This document shows positions 16,381-26,053 of a stretch of DNA of 64,000 nucleotides, in pieces (position 1 is the first letter of the stretch; the number at the start of each line of letters is the position of its first letter). The notes beneath the pieces are model-generated. The model was not told the DNA's origin, made no database searches, and worked only from the letters and a program-made list of their open reading frames with translations. This DNA comes from an uncultured Candidatus Binatia bacterium (GTDB taxonomy: Bacteria; Desulfobacterota; Binatia; UBA9968; JAJDTQ01), in assembly GCA_965213675.1 (NCBI GenBank), contig OZ243916.1, positions 96,001 through 160,000 of the forward strand, in the 5' to 3' direction. Position numbers and translations under genes: made by a program.

Positions 16381-17279
16381 CTCTGCGAACGGAAACATAC
16401 GTGGTCGGGCAGTCCTGTGCCCGCCGGTTGCTCGACTACCTGGAGCTCACCAAGCCGCGGCTCGTACTGATGGTCCTGATGACCACGCTGGTGGGTTTCT
16501 ACATGGGCTCGGAGGTGGTGCCGGACTATCTGGCGCTGCTTCACACGGTGCTCGGGACAGCGCTGGCTGCGGGCGGCACGCTGGCGCTGAACCAGTCGCT
16601 GGAAGGCGATATCGACGCTGCCATGGACCGCACCCGGCACCGGCCGATTCCCGAGGGCCGCGTTCAGCCGGTGGAGTGCGTTCTTTTTGGAAGCGTCCTG
16701 GTGGCTGCGGGACTGCTGCTGCTGATGGTAGCGGTAAACGTGCTCAGCGCGCTGCTCACCGCTATCATCTCCGTCACCTACCTGTTCCTGTATACGCCCT
16801 TCAAGCGAAAGTCGTCGGTGTGCAGCCTTATCGGCGCCGTCCCCGGGGCGTTGCCGCCGGTGGTGGGATGGACCGCCGCCCAGGACACTCTCGGCCTGGA
16901 GGCGGCGATCCTGTTCGGGGTGCTCTACCTTTGGCAGATCCCCCACAACCTCGCCATCGCGCGGCTCTATCGGGAAGACTTCCTGCGCGCCGGTATCCGC
17001 TTCCTTCCGGTCCTGGATGTGGAGGGCAGAAGCACGGGCCGGCAGGCGGTCAGTCACTGTCTGGCATTGCTGGTGGTAAGCCTGATGCCGACGCTGACCG
17101 GATTCGCCGGAGCGATCTACTACTTCGCGGCCATGGCACTGGGAGCGGGTTTTCTCATTTACGCCATCCGGCTCGCGGCGTTGCGGTCGGTGACCAGCGC
17201 GCGGCACTTGCTGTTCGCGTCATTGTTTTACTTGCCGCTGCTCTTCGTCGCCCTGGCTCTGGACAGAATACCGGTCTGA
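16377..17279 (+). CDS. ctaB: Protoheme IX farnesyltransferase (heme O synthase)
   Basis: ELTKPR, DAAMDRTRHRP, YTPFKR, GAVPGALPP, WQIPH. Confidence 0.95.
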   Translation: MTLRTETYVVGQSCARRLLDYLELTKPRLVLMVLMTTLVGFYMGSEVVPDYLALLHTVLGTALAAGGTLALNQSLEGDIDAAMDRTRHRPIPEGRVQPVECVLFGSVLVAAGLLLLMVAVNVLSALLTAIISVTYLFLYTPFKRKSSVCSLIGAVPGALPPVVGWTAAQDTLGLEAAILFGVLYLWQIPHNLAIARLYREDFLRAGIRFLPVLDVEGRSTGRQAVSHCLALLVVSLMPTLTGFAGAIYYFAAMALGAGFLIYAIRLAALRSVTSARHLLFASLFYLPLLFVALALDRIPV

Positions 17280-17388
17280 TATGGATTCCACTGCCGGCAC
17301 TCGCAATCGCACCAGGCGCCTCGGTTTCGTGATCGGAGCCGTCGTGGTTGGTTATATCCTGGCGACCGTCGTCTTTCTGGTGGTGTAT

Positions 17389-17571
17389 TAGTGTTGTGTG
17401 TCACGGACAGGTTCGCAAACATCCGCAGGAATTTCTGTCGTCGGCCAGCGATGAACTACAGGGGCGGCCGGCGGTCGCCGGATGTGTCGGGCACTACGCG
17501 AGAAAGAGCTACGCAGCCGACGGCGAAGAGGACGAGCATCTTTGTAAACGTATTCACGAAACGCAACACGA
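17389..17571 (-). repeat. Palindromic repeat family A, divergent inverted copy
   Basis: Reverse complement of 17484-17527 (TTCGCCGTCGGCTGCGTAGCTCTTTCTCGCGTAGTGCCCGACAC) matches the core of the 40778 and 50657 copies; degenerate GTGTTG...CAACAC arms. Confidence 0.75.
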
Positions 17572-17641
17572 GTGTACGTCGGATTACGGTTACGCTCATT
17601 CAAAGGCGCGTCTGCGGCTCGAATCATTGTCGGATACGCTG

Positions 17642-18298
17642 ATGGCAAGGGATGCGGCAGTGAGGATGCCGGCAGGGGATGTGGCGGATGTCCTGTCCCC
17701 GGTGTCCGCCTTTGGCGAGGGGCCTCCACCACCGTCCCGGCCGGAGCCGGTGATCAGCAACGCGCGCCTTGGCCTGATGATGTTCATCGGCGCGGAGGTG
17801 ATGTTCTTCGCCGGGCTCATCGGTGCGTTTCTGATCTTGCGATTGAGCAGCGAAGTGTGGCCGCCGGCCGGACAGCCTCGGCTCCCGGTCTGGATCACCG
17901 GATTCAACACTCTGGTGTTGCTCGCCAGCGGCGTGTCCATGCACCGGGCCGGGCTGGCCGCAACCGCCCGCGAGCAGGTCCGCCTGTCCGGCTGGCTGCT
18001 TGTCACCGCCGTGCTCGGGGCCGTGTTCCTGACCATCCAGGGATACGAATGGGTGCGTTTGATTGGATTTGGATTGACCATGCGCAGCGGGCTTTATGGT
18101 TCCACCTTCTACGCACTCATCGGACTCCACGGACTGCACGTCCTCGGAGCGCTGGTGTGGGTGGGGGTGGTCTGGATGCTGGCACGGCGTGGGCGTTTCA
18201 CCGCAGGACACACCGCCGGGGTGGAAACGTGCAAGATGTACTGGCTGTTCGTGGTGGCCCTGTGGCCGGTACTGTACGGCCTCGTATACCTCTATTAG
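17642..18298 (+). CDS. coxC: Cytochrome c oxidase subunit III family protein (copy 1)
   Basis: FIGAEVMFFAGL, NTLVLLASG, QGYEW, GLHGLHV, YWLFV; start uncertain (17642 or 17666). Confidence 0.9.
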   Translation: MARDAAVRMPAGDVADVLSPVSAFGEGPPPPSRPEPVISNARLGLMMFIGAEVMFFAGLIGAFLILRLSSEVWPPAGQPRLPVWITGFNTLVLLASGVSMHRAGLAATAREQVRLSGWLLVTAVLGAVFLTIQGYEWVRLIGFGLTMRSGLYGSTFYALIGLHGLHVLGALVWVGVVWMLARRGRFTAGHTAGVETCKMYWLFVVALWPVLYGLVYLY

Positions 18299-18308
18299 CG
18301 GTTCGTCC

Positions 18309-18485
18309 ATGGAAACCGAACGCATCGCCGAGGCCTTCAACTGGACCGTTGTGTTCCTCATGGCCATGCCCTACCTCACCCTGGCCGGTTGCCTGGGCTG
18401 GATTTTCTATCGCCGCACACGCGCACAGAAGCCGCTCGAGGATCGGCGAGCCCGGTTTCACATCGTCAGAAAAGGAGAATGCTAG
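18309..18485 (+). CDS. 58-aa single-TM protein within cox operon
   Basis: METERIAEAFNWTVVFLMAMPYLTLAGCLGWIFYRR...; fills the gap between the two subunit III genes, its TAG abuts the next ATG. Confidence 0.7.
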   Translation: METERIAEAFNWTVVFLMAMPYLTLAGCLGWIFYRRTRAQKPLEDRRARFHIVRKGEC

Positions 18486-19097
18486 ATGAGTCAGGCAGCG
18501 ACGCTACATCGAGACCCTGCAGAGACTCCGCTTACCCCGGAAAGCTGGGGCAAGCTGGGCATGTGGATCTTCCTCTGCGGCGACGCGATGACCTTCGGGA
18601 CCCTCATCGTGACCTTCGGCATCATGCGCATGGCCGCGGACAACTGGCCGGTGCCGGCGGAAGTGCTGGGCATCAACCTGACCGCCGCCATGACGTTCCT
18701 GCTGATTTGCAGCAGCGTCACCATGGTGCTGTCCCTGTCCGGCATCAAGCGCGGCGACATGCAGGAGTTCCGAAAGTACATGCTGCTCACCGTTCTCGGC
18801 GGCACGGCTTTCCTCCTGTTGCAGGCCTACGAATGGAACCATCTCATCCACGCGGGCGTGACCATCACAGAGAACAAGTACGGTTCGCCGGTGTTCGGCG
18901 ACACCTTCTACATCATGACCGGATTCCACGGCATGCACGTTTTCGGTGGCGTCGTCTATCTCGCGGTCATCCTGGTAGGCGGCATGACCGGCCGCATCCA
19001 TCCAGGCAATGCGTCGGTGGTGGAGATCGCCGGCCTCTACTGGCACTTCGTCGACCTCGTTTGGATTTTGATCTTTACCTTCGTCTACCTCTTGTAG
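18486..19097 (+). CDS. coxC: Cytochrome c oxidase subunit III family protein (copy 2)
   Basis: GKLGMWIFL, TFLLICSS, QAYEW, TGFHGMHV, GLYWHFVDLVW. Confidence 0.93.
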   Translation: MSQAATLHRDPAETPLTPESWGKLGMWIFLCGDAMTFGTLIVTFGIMRMAADNWPVPAEVLGINLTAAMTFLLICSSVTMVLSLSGIKRGDMQEFRKYMLLTVLGGTAFLLLQAYEWNHLIHAGVTITENKYGSPVFGDTFYIMTGFHGMHVFGGVVYLAVILVGGMTGRIHPGNASVVEIAGLYWHFVDLVWILIFTFVYLL

Positions 19098-19114
19098 GAT
19101 ACGGGAGACCCTCC

Positions 19115-19399
19115 ATGGCAGATACGACAGCCCACGAAGCGCACGCAGAGCCCAACTACCTCGCCGTATTCGGCTGGTTGTTCATCCTCACGGTCGTCGA
19201 GGTAGGGATCATCTTCGTGCCGATCCCGAAGCTCATGATCGCGGCTGCGCTGGTGATTCTGGCGGTAGTCAAGGCATCGCTGGTGGCCATCTACTTCATG
19301 CATCTCAAGTTCGAGAAGGTGGTGATCTGGTGGATCGCGGTGATCCCGGCGATACTCTGCATTTTCCTGATCTTCATGCTGATTCCAGAGCTTGCCTGA
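19115..19399 (+). CDS. coxD: Cytochrome c oxidase subunit IV family protein
   Basis: GGAG SD; YLAVFGWLFILTVVE, KASLVAIYFMHLKFE. Confidence 0.9.
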   Translation: MADTTAHEAHAEPNYLAVFGWLFILTVVEVGIIFVPIPKLMIAAALVILAVVKASLVAIYFMHLKFEKVVIWWIAVIPAILCIFLIFMLIPELA

Positions 19400-19400
19400 C

Positions 19401-19608
19401 CCAGGAGCCTGTGGAGTCTGTCAAGCTCCTGGTGCGAGGCGGGAAATGGGTCCGTTCCCGGTTGGATTTTCGTCCAATATGACCGATATTATCCTCCAAT
19501 CCGCCCGAAGCCGGGCTCAATTTCTCTGCCTCTCGTTACGGTTCGATAAACCCGAAAGGCGCCCAGGGCAGCGAGCCGAGATGCGAGACTCCTCAGACAC
19601 CACACTAG
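19401..19608. repeat. Composite of repeat remnants (CCAGGAGC hairpin, family B core inverted, family A end)
   Basis: CCAGGAGC...GCTCCTGG at 19401-19432; revcomp of 19451-19503 resembles 56049-56104; CAGACACCACACTAG at about 19594-19608 matches the family A terminus. Confidence 0.6.
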
Positions 19609-19645
19609 CACCGGCTTTCATGACCACTCGCTTCGTGCGCCGACG

Positions 19646-20158
19646 ATGTTTCCATTGATCCCGATTGCCTCGCTGCCCCACCTGAACGCTCTGCTCAACG
19701 CGGCCAGCGCCCTCTTGTTGCTGGCCGGCTACTACTTCATCCGGCAACGCCGCGTCACTGCGCACCGGCGCTGCATGGTGGCGGCACTGGGTAGTTCCGG
19801 CCTCTTCCTGGTTTCGTACCTGATCTACCATTTCAGCGTCGGATCCGTCCGTTTCCAGGGCACAGGCTGGATCCGTCCGGTGTACTTCGCCGTGCTCGTA
19901 TCCCATACCGTACTCGCCACCGCCATCGTGCCCCTGGTCCTGCTCACGGTGGTGCGCGCCCTGCGCCAACGATTCGACAAGCATCGCGCCATCGCGCGCT
20001 GGACCCTGCCGCTTTGGCTCTACGTGTCCGCCACCGGCGTGGTGGTGTACTGGATGCTGTACCAGATGGGATTCCAGGAGTCTGTCGGATTGGATTTCAC
20101 TTCCTTCGACTTCGCTACGCTCAGGACCGGCCAGGAGCGTGCACCGCAAGAATTGTGA
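19646..20158 (+). CDS. DUF420 family membrane protein
   Basis: LPHLNALLN, HRRCM, FLVSYLIYH, HRAIARWTLPLWLYVSATGVVVY; typical cox-cluster neighbour. Confidence 0.9.
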   Translation: MFPLIPIASLPHLNALLNAASALLLLAGYYFIRQRRVTAHRRCMVAALGSSGLFLVSYLIYHFSVGSVRFQGTGWIRPVYFAVLVSHTVLATAIVPLVLLTVVRALRQRFDKHRAIARWTLPLWLYVSATGVVVYWMLYQMGFQESVGLDFTSFDFATLRTGQERAPQEL

Positions 20159-20250
20159 CCGGACGACCTCCCGCAGGGGCGACCGGCCGGTGGCCCCTAC
20201 CCTGGACCCAATCCCCTGGAGCCTGTGGGGTCTTTCAGGCCAGGCTCCTG
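20073..20250. repeat. Cluster of REP-like palindromes between convergent genes
   Basis: CCTTCGACTTCGCTACGCTCAGGAC (about 20103), GCAGGGGCGACCGGCCGGTGGCCCCTAC (20173-20200, GTAG-type REP), GGAGCCTG...CAGGCTCC (about 20218-20248). Confidence 0.65.
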
Positions 20251-21327
20251 GCTCGCCTGCTGCGCCAGCAGTGTCACGCCTCGCTGGCGAAAGCCGATCC
20301 GCACACGAGCGCCCGCCGGGATCAACGCATCGAACTGGTAATCGGTCACGAAGATCTCGCCGATCCCGCTGTCGAGCGTGTATTCCACATGACTGCCGAG
20401 ATAGGTGCTTTTCGACACCGTGCCCGTGAGTCCGGTTTCGTCATCGCTTGCTGCCACCGTCACCGCTTCCGGGCGAACCGCGAGTTTGACCGGCCCGGGC
20501 TGTAGTTCCCGGTGCGTCAGGCGCAATTCCACCCGGTCCCCGACGCGGACGGTGGCGTAGCCGCCGTCGCGGCCGATCAGCTCGGCGTCGACCACGTTGG
20601 CGTCCCCGATGAAGTCGGCGACGAAACGGTCGCGGGGGGCTTCGTAAAGGGCGGCGGGCGCGCCTTCCTGAGCGATTTCCGCGTTGCGCATGACGATGAT
20701 CCGGTCCGACACCGCCAGCGCCTCCTCCTGGTCGTGCGTGACATAGACCGTGGTGAGGCCAAGACTTTGTTGCAACTCGCGGATCTCCTCGCGCACCCGC
20801 CGCCGCAGCTTCGCGTCCAGGTTGGAGAGCGGCTCGTCGAACAGCAGCACCGTGGGTTCAAGGACCAGGGCGCGGGCGACGGCGACCCGCTGTTGTTGTC
20901 CGCCCGAAAGCTCACTCGGAAGCCGCTCGCCGTAACCTGCGAGTCCCACGAGATTGAGGCCCTCTTCGGCCCGTTCCCGCGTCTCGGTCTTCGCGACTCC
21001 GGTCACCGAGAGGCCGTAGGACACGTTCTCGAAAACGGTCATGTGCGGGAACAACGCGTAGGACTGGAACACCATGGAGACGTCCCGCGCGCTGGCGGGC
21101 AGGCGGGAAACGTCGTCACCGCCAATGAACACGTTGCCGCCGGTGGGCATTTCCAGGCCGGCGATGAGACGGAGGGTCGTGGTCTTGCCGCAGCCGCTGG
21201 GGCCGAGCAGGGTCACGAGGTCGCCGGCCTGCACCTCGAAGGAAATGCGATCCACGGCCACCACCGGGCCGTAGTGCTTGCTGACATTGTCGAACCGGAC
21301 CGCGGACGCCGGGCCCTGAGTACTCAT
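20197..21327 (-). CDS. ABC transporter ATP-binding protein (FbpC/AfuC/PotA-like)
   Basis: GPSGCGKTT, LSGGQQQR, LLFDEP, C-terminal TOBE domain. Confidence 0.95.
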   Translation of the reverse strand: MSTQGPASAVRFDNVSKHYGPVVAVDRISFEVQAGDLVTLLGPSGCGKTTTLRLIAGLEMPTGGNVFIGGDDVSRLPASARDVSMVFQSYALFPHMTVFENVSYGLSVTGVAKTETRERAEEGLNLVGLAGYGERLPSELSGGQQQRVAVARALVLEPTVLLFDEPLSNLDAKLRRRVREEIRELQQSLGLTTVYVTHDQEEALAVSDRIIVMRNAEIAQEGAPAALYEAPRDRFVADFIGDANVVDAELIGRDGGYATVRVGDRVELRLTHRELQPGPVKLAVRPEAVTVAASDDETGLTGTVSKSTYLGSHVEYTLDSGIGEIFVTDYQFDALIPAGARVRIGFRQRGVTLLAQQASQEPGLKDPTGSRGLGPG

Positions 21328-23528
21328 GCCCCTCCTCCCAGTGCGGTCACCTCCACGGATTCCGCCCTTCGGCCGATGCGCCTTGCGCCAACGGCCAACT
21401 GGATCAGCACGATGACCACCATCATGACCACGATCAGCACGGAGCTGTAGGCAATCGCCAGTCCATAGTCGCCGTTTTCCACCCGGCCGATGATGTAGGA
21501 CGTGGCCATGTCGTAGTTGGCGCTTACCAGGAAAATCACCGCGCTGATGGCCGTCATCGCGCGCACGAAGCTGAACACGAGCGCCGCCACCACGGCGGGG
21601 CGCAGCAGCGGCAGCACGACTCTACGCACGGTGGCGAACGAGCTGGCGCCCAAGGTCAGCGAGGCCTCGTCCAGGCTCTTGTCGATCTGGGTCATGGCGG
21701 CGATGCCGGCGCGTACACCCACCGGCATGTTGCGAAAGATGAAACAGACCACCAGTATCACGCCGGTGCCGGTCAGCTCGATGGGCGGCACATTGAAGGC
21801 CAGGATGTAACCGACTCCGATGACCGTGCCGGGGATCGCAAAGCTCAACATGGTGCCGAACTCGAAGGCCTCCTGGCCCGCGAACGTTTGTCGAATCAGC
21901 AGATAGGCGGTCAATAGCCCCACGGCCGCGGTGAGCGGCGCGGCGATGGCGGAAATCGTGATGGTGGTAAAGAAGGAATTCCACGCGGCGCCCGACCACA
22001 CCCAACCGCTGGCGCCAGTGGTGATGGAGAAGGCGTCGATGTAGTGGCGCAGGGTGAGGCTGTGGTCCCTGCCCCAGAGTTCCACGAAGCCGCCGAACAG
22101 GATCATGCAATAGATGATCGCGGTCAGTCCCGCCCAGGGCAGCGCTGAGCCGTAAGCCATCCAGGTGACGCGCGCGGGCAGGGGGACGTGCAATCCGGCA
22201 TCGCCTTTGCCGGTCACCGTGGCGTAGGACTTCTGCCCCAGCCAGCGATGCTGCGCCCAGAACGCGGACAAGGTGAAGATCAGCAGCAGGATGGCCAGGA
22301 CCGCGGCCCGACCCTGATCGTTCTGCGCACCGACAATGGCGAAGAAGATCGATGTGGACAGGACATCGAAGTTGCCGCCCAGCACCAGGGGATTGCCGAA
22401 ATCGGCGAGGCTCTCGATGAAGCCCACCAGGAAGGCGTTGGCGAGGCCCGGGCGCATAAGCGGTAGCGAGACGGTGGTGAAGGTGCGCCAGTCGTCGGCG
22501 CGCAGTGTCTGCGCCGCCTCCTCCATCGAGGGACTCACGCCCTCCACCACGCCGATCAGCACCAGGAACGCGATGGGCGTGAACGCCAGCGTCTGCGCCA
22601 GCCAGATGCCGGGAAGTCCGTAGATGTAGCGCCCTGGAGTCGTCCCGGTGAGGGCCTCGATGACCTGCGTCACGGTGCCGGAGGCGCCGAACAACAGGAT
22701 GATGGCAAGGCCGATGACGAAGGGCGGCGTGATGATGGGCAGGACGGTCAGCAGGCGCAGGAGCTTCTTGGCCCGGAAACCCGTGCGTGTTGCCAACAGG
22801 GCAAAGGCCAGTCCCAGCAGGGTCGTGCTGGCGCCTACCAGAATGGCCATCAACAGGGAGTTCCACGCGACCCCGCAGTTGACGTTGGCGGCCAGGCAGC
22901 CCAGCCCCCAGATGTCGTGGCTGAAGAGCTTTTCGATGAAGAGGTAGGGAACGAAGTTGTAGTCGTTGTCCTGGAACGCGCTGGCCAGGATGCGCGCCAC
23001 CGGAAAGAAGATGAACGCGGCCACCAGCGCGACCACCAACGCGATGGACCCGACCACGAAGCCGTCGCCGTTGATGGCCCCGCGCGCGGCGATTCCCTGT
23101 GCCAGGAGAAAGAGGAAAGACGCCGATACCAGCAAGGCGCCGTAGCCCATGCCGAACTGGCGGTCGCCGAGGGGGCCGAAGATGCTTTCCAGAAAGGGAT
23201 ATTCCCAGCCGCCGATCCCGATCAGGAAGCCTTGAGCCAGGACGCAGAGAACGCCGAGGCTGCCTGCCGCCAGCAGGACCGTCGAGAAAAGCGGGTCCGT
23301 GCGGCGGCGCCCCAGCACTGCGAACGGGGCCGCCAGCGGCAGCACCATCGGCGCCAGCCACCAGCGCCCCATCAGGAGAACCTGGAGCGCGGCCGGGGCC
23401 GCATCGGCCCCGGCCGGGTAGTCGAACAGCCAGGCGAAGGACCAGAACCCGTCCTCCGCGCCGTACCAGGGGAGGAGCACATAGCCGCCCCAGCCCGCGG
23501 CAATCCATAGCGCGGCAGGCCGATGCAT
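21324..23528 (-). CDS. Fe(III)/AfuB-type ABC transporter permease (two fused TM domains)
   Basis: Two EAA loops (EEAAQTLRA, DEASLTLGA), LPIITPPFV, ADFGNP. Confidence 0.93.
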   Translation of the reverse strand: MHRPAALWIAAGWGGYVLLPWYGAEDGFWSFAWLFDYPAGADAAPAALQVLLMGRWWLAPMVLPLAAPFAVLGRRRTDPLFSTVLLAAGSLGVLCVLAQGFLIGIGGWEYPFLESIFGPLGDRQFGMGYGALLVSASFLFLLAQGIAARGAINGDGFVVGSIALVVALVAAFIFFPVARILASAFQDNDYNFVPYLFIEKLFSHDIWGLGCLAANVNCGVAWNSLLMAILVGASTTLLGLAFALLATRTGFRAKKLLRLLTVLPIITPPFVIGLAIILLFGASGTVTQVIEALTGTTPGRYIYGLPGIWLAQTLAFTPIAFLVLIGVVEGVSPSMEEAAQTLRADDWRTFTTVSLPLMRPGLANAFLVGFIESLADFGNPLVLGGNFDVLSTSIFFAIVGAQNDQGRAAVLAILLLIFTLSAFWAQHRWLGQKSYATVTGKGDAGLHVPLPARVTWMAYGSALPWAGLTAIIYCMILFGGFVELWGRDHSLTLRHYIDAFSITTGASGWVWSGAAWNSFFTTITISAIAAPLTAAVGLLTAYLLIRQTFAGQEAFEFGTMLSFAIPGTVIGVGYILAFNVPPIELTGTGVILVVCFIFRNMPVGVRAGIAAMTQIDKSLDEASLTLGASSFATVRRVVLPLLRPAVVAALVFSFVRAMTAISAVIFLVSANYDMATSYIIGRVENGDYGLAIAYSSVLIVVMMVVIVLIQLAVGARRIGRRAESVEVTALGGGA

Positions 23529-23548
23529 CGCCTTGGCGGGTCAGAGGT

Positions 23549-24586
23549 TCAGCGCGGCAGCGTGGAAACCTCGTCGTCCCACTTCTTCAACAGCCGCCGG
23601 CGTTCCGCCGAAGATCCGTATTTCTTGAAGTCGTAGTCGATCAACTTGATCTGGCTCAGATCCGGCGCCTGCGGCGGCGGTGTCGCGCCGGCGTTGGACG
23701 GCACCTGGTACGCCCTGGCCTGTGCCGCCATGGTCTGGACCTTGGGATCGAGGGCAAAATCGACCCACTTCCTGGCGCTCTCCGGATTGCGTCCGCCCTT
23801 GATGATGCTCACCGAGCCGATCTCATAGCCGGTACCCTCGCAAGGCGAGACGATCTCGATGGGGAATCCCTTGACCGCCTGGGTCACCGCGTCGTGCTGG
23901 AAGACGATACCGACGGTGGTCTCGCCCCGGGCCGACGCCTTGATGGGGGCCGAGCCCGATTTGGTGTACTGGTTGATGTTCTTGTGGAGCCCCTTCATGA
24001 ACTCGAAGCCCTTGTCCTCGCCGAACACCTGCACGATGGTGGCCAACGTCGTGTAGGCCGTGCCGGACGAGTTGGGATTGGCCATCTGGACGTGACCCTT
24101 GAATGCGGGCTTGGTCAGATCCGCCCAGCATTTCGGCGCCGCGAGCTTGTGCTTGGCCAGGAGTTCTCTGTTGTAACCGACCCCCAGGGCGCCGGCGTAG
24201 ATGCCCACCGTCTTGTAACCGGACTGTTCAGCCTGCCGCCGCGCCCAATCCTGAAGCTCGCCCAGCCGCGGCGACTTGTACTCCAGGGTCAGCCCTTCCT
24301 CGGCGGCCTGAAGATGCGGGTCGCCGGTGCCGCCCCACCACACGTCGCCCTTGGGGTTGCGGCGTTCCGCCTTGATCTGCGCAAAGGTCTCGCCGGAACT
24401 CTTCCGCGTCATGGCTACCTTGATGCCCGTGGCCTTCTCGAACTCCTTGACCATGAGTTGACACCATTCGATCTGCGGGCTGCAGTACAGGGTGAGTTTG
24501 CCCGCGGCCAGGGCCGTGTTGGCCGTTGCCGCCGCTAATCCGGCGATAGCGAAGGCCACGAGTGACAAGTGCAGACGTTTCATCAT
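23549..24586 (-). CDS. ABC substrate-binding protein (AfuA/FbpA-like; Fe(III) or phosphorylated sugar)
   Basis: Signal peptide; NPKGDVWWGGTGDPH, ANPNSSGTAY, CEGTGYEIG. Confidence 0.9.
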   Translation of the reverse strand: MMKRLHLSLVAFAIAGLAAATANTALAAGKLTLYCSPQIEWCQLMVKEFEKATGIKVAMTRKSSGETFAQIKAERRNPKGDVWWGGTGDPHLQAAEEGLTLEYKSPRLGELQDWARRQAEQSGYKTVGIYAGALGVGYNRELLAKHKLAAPKCWADLTKPAFKGHVQMANPNSSGTAYTTLATIVQVFGEDKGFEFMKGLHKNINQYTKSGSAPIKASARGETTVGIVFQHDAVTQAVKGFPIEIVSPCEGTGYEIGSVSIIKGGRNPESARKWVDFALDPKVQTMAAQARAYQVPSNAGATPPPQAPDLSQIKLIDYDFKKYGSSAERRRLLKKWDDEVSTLPR

Positions 24587-25109
24587 GCGATCCTCCCGTT
24601 TTGCTTTGGCGCGGCGTTACGCTGGTCCGCCTCTCTGGAGGCGTAGGTTCAACGCTCAGCCATGAATCCATGAATTTCACGGGCGACGTTACCACACTTC
24701 GTCCGGTGTTTGTAACCTGACCGCCCTGTTTCTCAGGGTGATCCCACGCTGACCGAGCATCCGCGTCGAGCGCCGGATGGGGTTCGTTCGTGTCCTTGCG
24801 AGGCCTCGTTACGCCGGAACGACGCCGTCCGAACCTCCGACTTCCGTGCAAGACGGCAACGTGGGATAGTCCTGCATGTTTCTGTACGGAGTTGTCGCCG
24901 TGCCACACTCGCCGCCATCCGTGGCCGCGGGCCGCCAAGTGCCTTTCCGCTTTGCCAGGAACGCCGCTGCGAGGCACGGAAAGGGACCCACTCCCTGTTG
25001 GATCTTCGTCCGGAATTGCCAGCAGGCTTCTCAGCGCGCGCGGTCAGGATCGCGATGTTGAAACCGCATGCCCGGGGCTGGTATACGGCAGGCAGCAGGG
25101 AGTCACCCA

Positions 25110-25907
25110 ATGAAGACCATCGGCATCGTGGGCTGCGGCGCCATCGGCAAGGGGCTGTTGAAGGCAGCCGACAGGGGAGCGCTGGCGGCCGAGATCTGCG
25201 TGACCAGCCGCACGGAGAGCACGTGCCGGAACTTTCTCGAGACCCTGGATGCGTCCGTGCCTTTCCTTGCTCTCAACGAACTCATTGACCGTTCCGATAT
25301 CGTCGTGGAAGCGGCTGGCGGCGCGGCCGTGCCGGACTTGGCGCGGCAGGTGTTTGATGCAGGCAAGGACTTGCTCGTCATCAGCGGGGGCGCGCTCCTG
25401 GACCATCCCGAGGTGATCCAACGGGCGCGGCGCACCGGCTGCCGCCTCTTGCTGCCGTCGGGCGCCATTGCCGCACTCGACGGCATTAAATCGGCATGCG
25501 CCGGCGCGGTGGCCCACGTCACCATTACCACCCGGAAGCCACCCCATGGCCTGGAAGGCGCTCCCTATCTCGTGGAGAATGGCATCTCGCTGGCCGGGCT
25601 GACCGAACCCCGGGAGATTTTTTCGGGCACCGCGCGGGAAGCCTGCCGGGCGTTCCCCGCCAACGTCAACGTGTCCGCGGCCGTAAGCCTGGCGGGCCTG
25701 GGGCCGGATCGCACGCGGATCCGCATACTGGCGGTGCCGGGCCTCGAGCGGAACTGTCACGAAGTTGAGGCGGAAGGCGAGTTCGGCAAGCTGAACATGC
25801 GCATCGAGAACGTGCCCACCGAAAACCCGCGCACAGGGCGGCTGACCGTGCTGTCGATGATCCGATCCCTCCAGGATGCGCTGGACCCCGTGCGCGTGGG
25901 CACCTGA
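25110..25907 (+). CDS. nadX: L-aspartate dehydrogenase family protein
   Basis: GCGAIG Rossmann motif, VEAAG, PSGAIAALD, TRKPP, FPANVNV, ENPRTG. Confidence 0.9.
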   Translation: MKTIGIVGCGAIGKGLLKAADRGALAAEICVTSRTESTCRNFLETLDASVPFLALNELIDRSDIVVEAAGGAAVPDLARQVFDAGKDLLVISGGALLDHPEVIQRARRTGCRLLLPSGAIAALDGIKSACAGAVAHVTITTRKPPHGLEGAPYLVENGISLAGLTEPREIFSGTAREACRAFPANVNVSAAVSLAGLGPDRTRIRILAVPGLERNCHEVEAEGEFGKLNMRIENVPTENPRTGRLTVLSMIRSLQDALDPVRVGT

Positions 25908-26053
25908 CGATCCACTACGGCACCCGGAGGATTGGCAAACGCAGCCTCATCCCGTTCGTCCTGAGCCCGCCGTCAAGCTCGGGACAGGCTCGGCGAAACG
26001 AAGTCCAAAGACGCTGGCTGAATTGAGCCGCATTGACTCCGACCCTTCATGAC

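Noticed and set aside
17542-17559. Rex-like box TTGTAAA-CGTA-TTCACGA upstream of coxC1
   Set aside because: Two mismatches to consensus and it lies within the arm of repeat family A copy 3, which explains it more simply
24587-25109. 520-bp intergenic region as possible riboswitch or ncRNA
   Set aside because: No recognisable TPP, B12, SAM, FMN or other motif; only a short CATGAAT direct repeat; an Rfam scan would be needed
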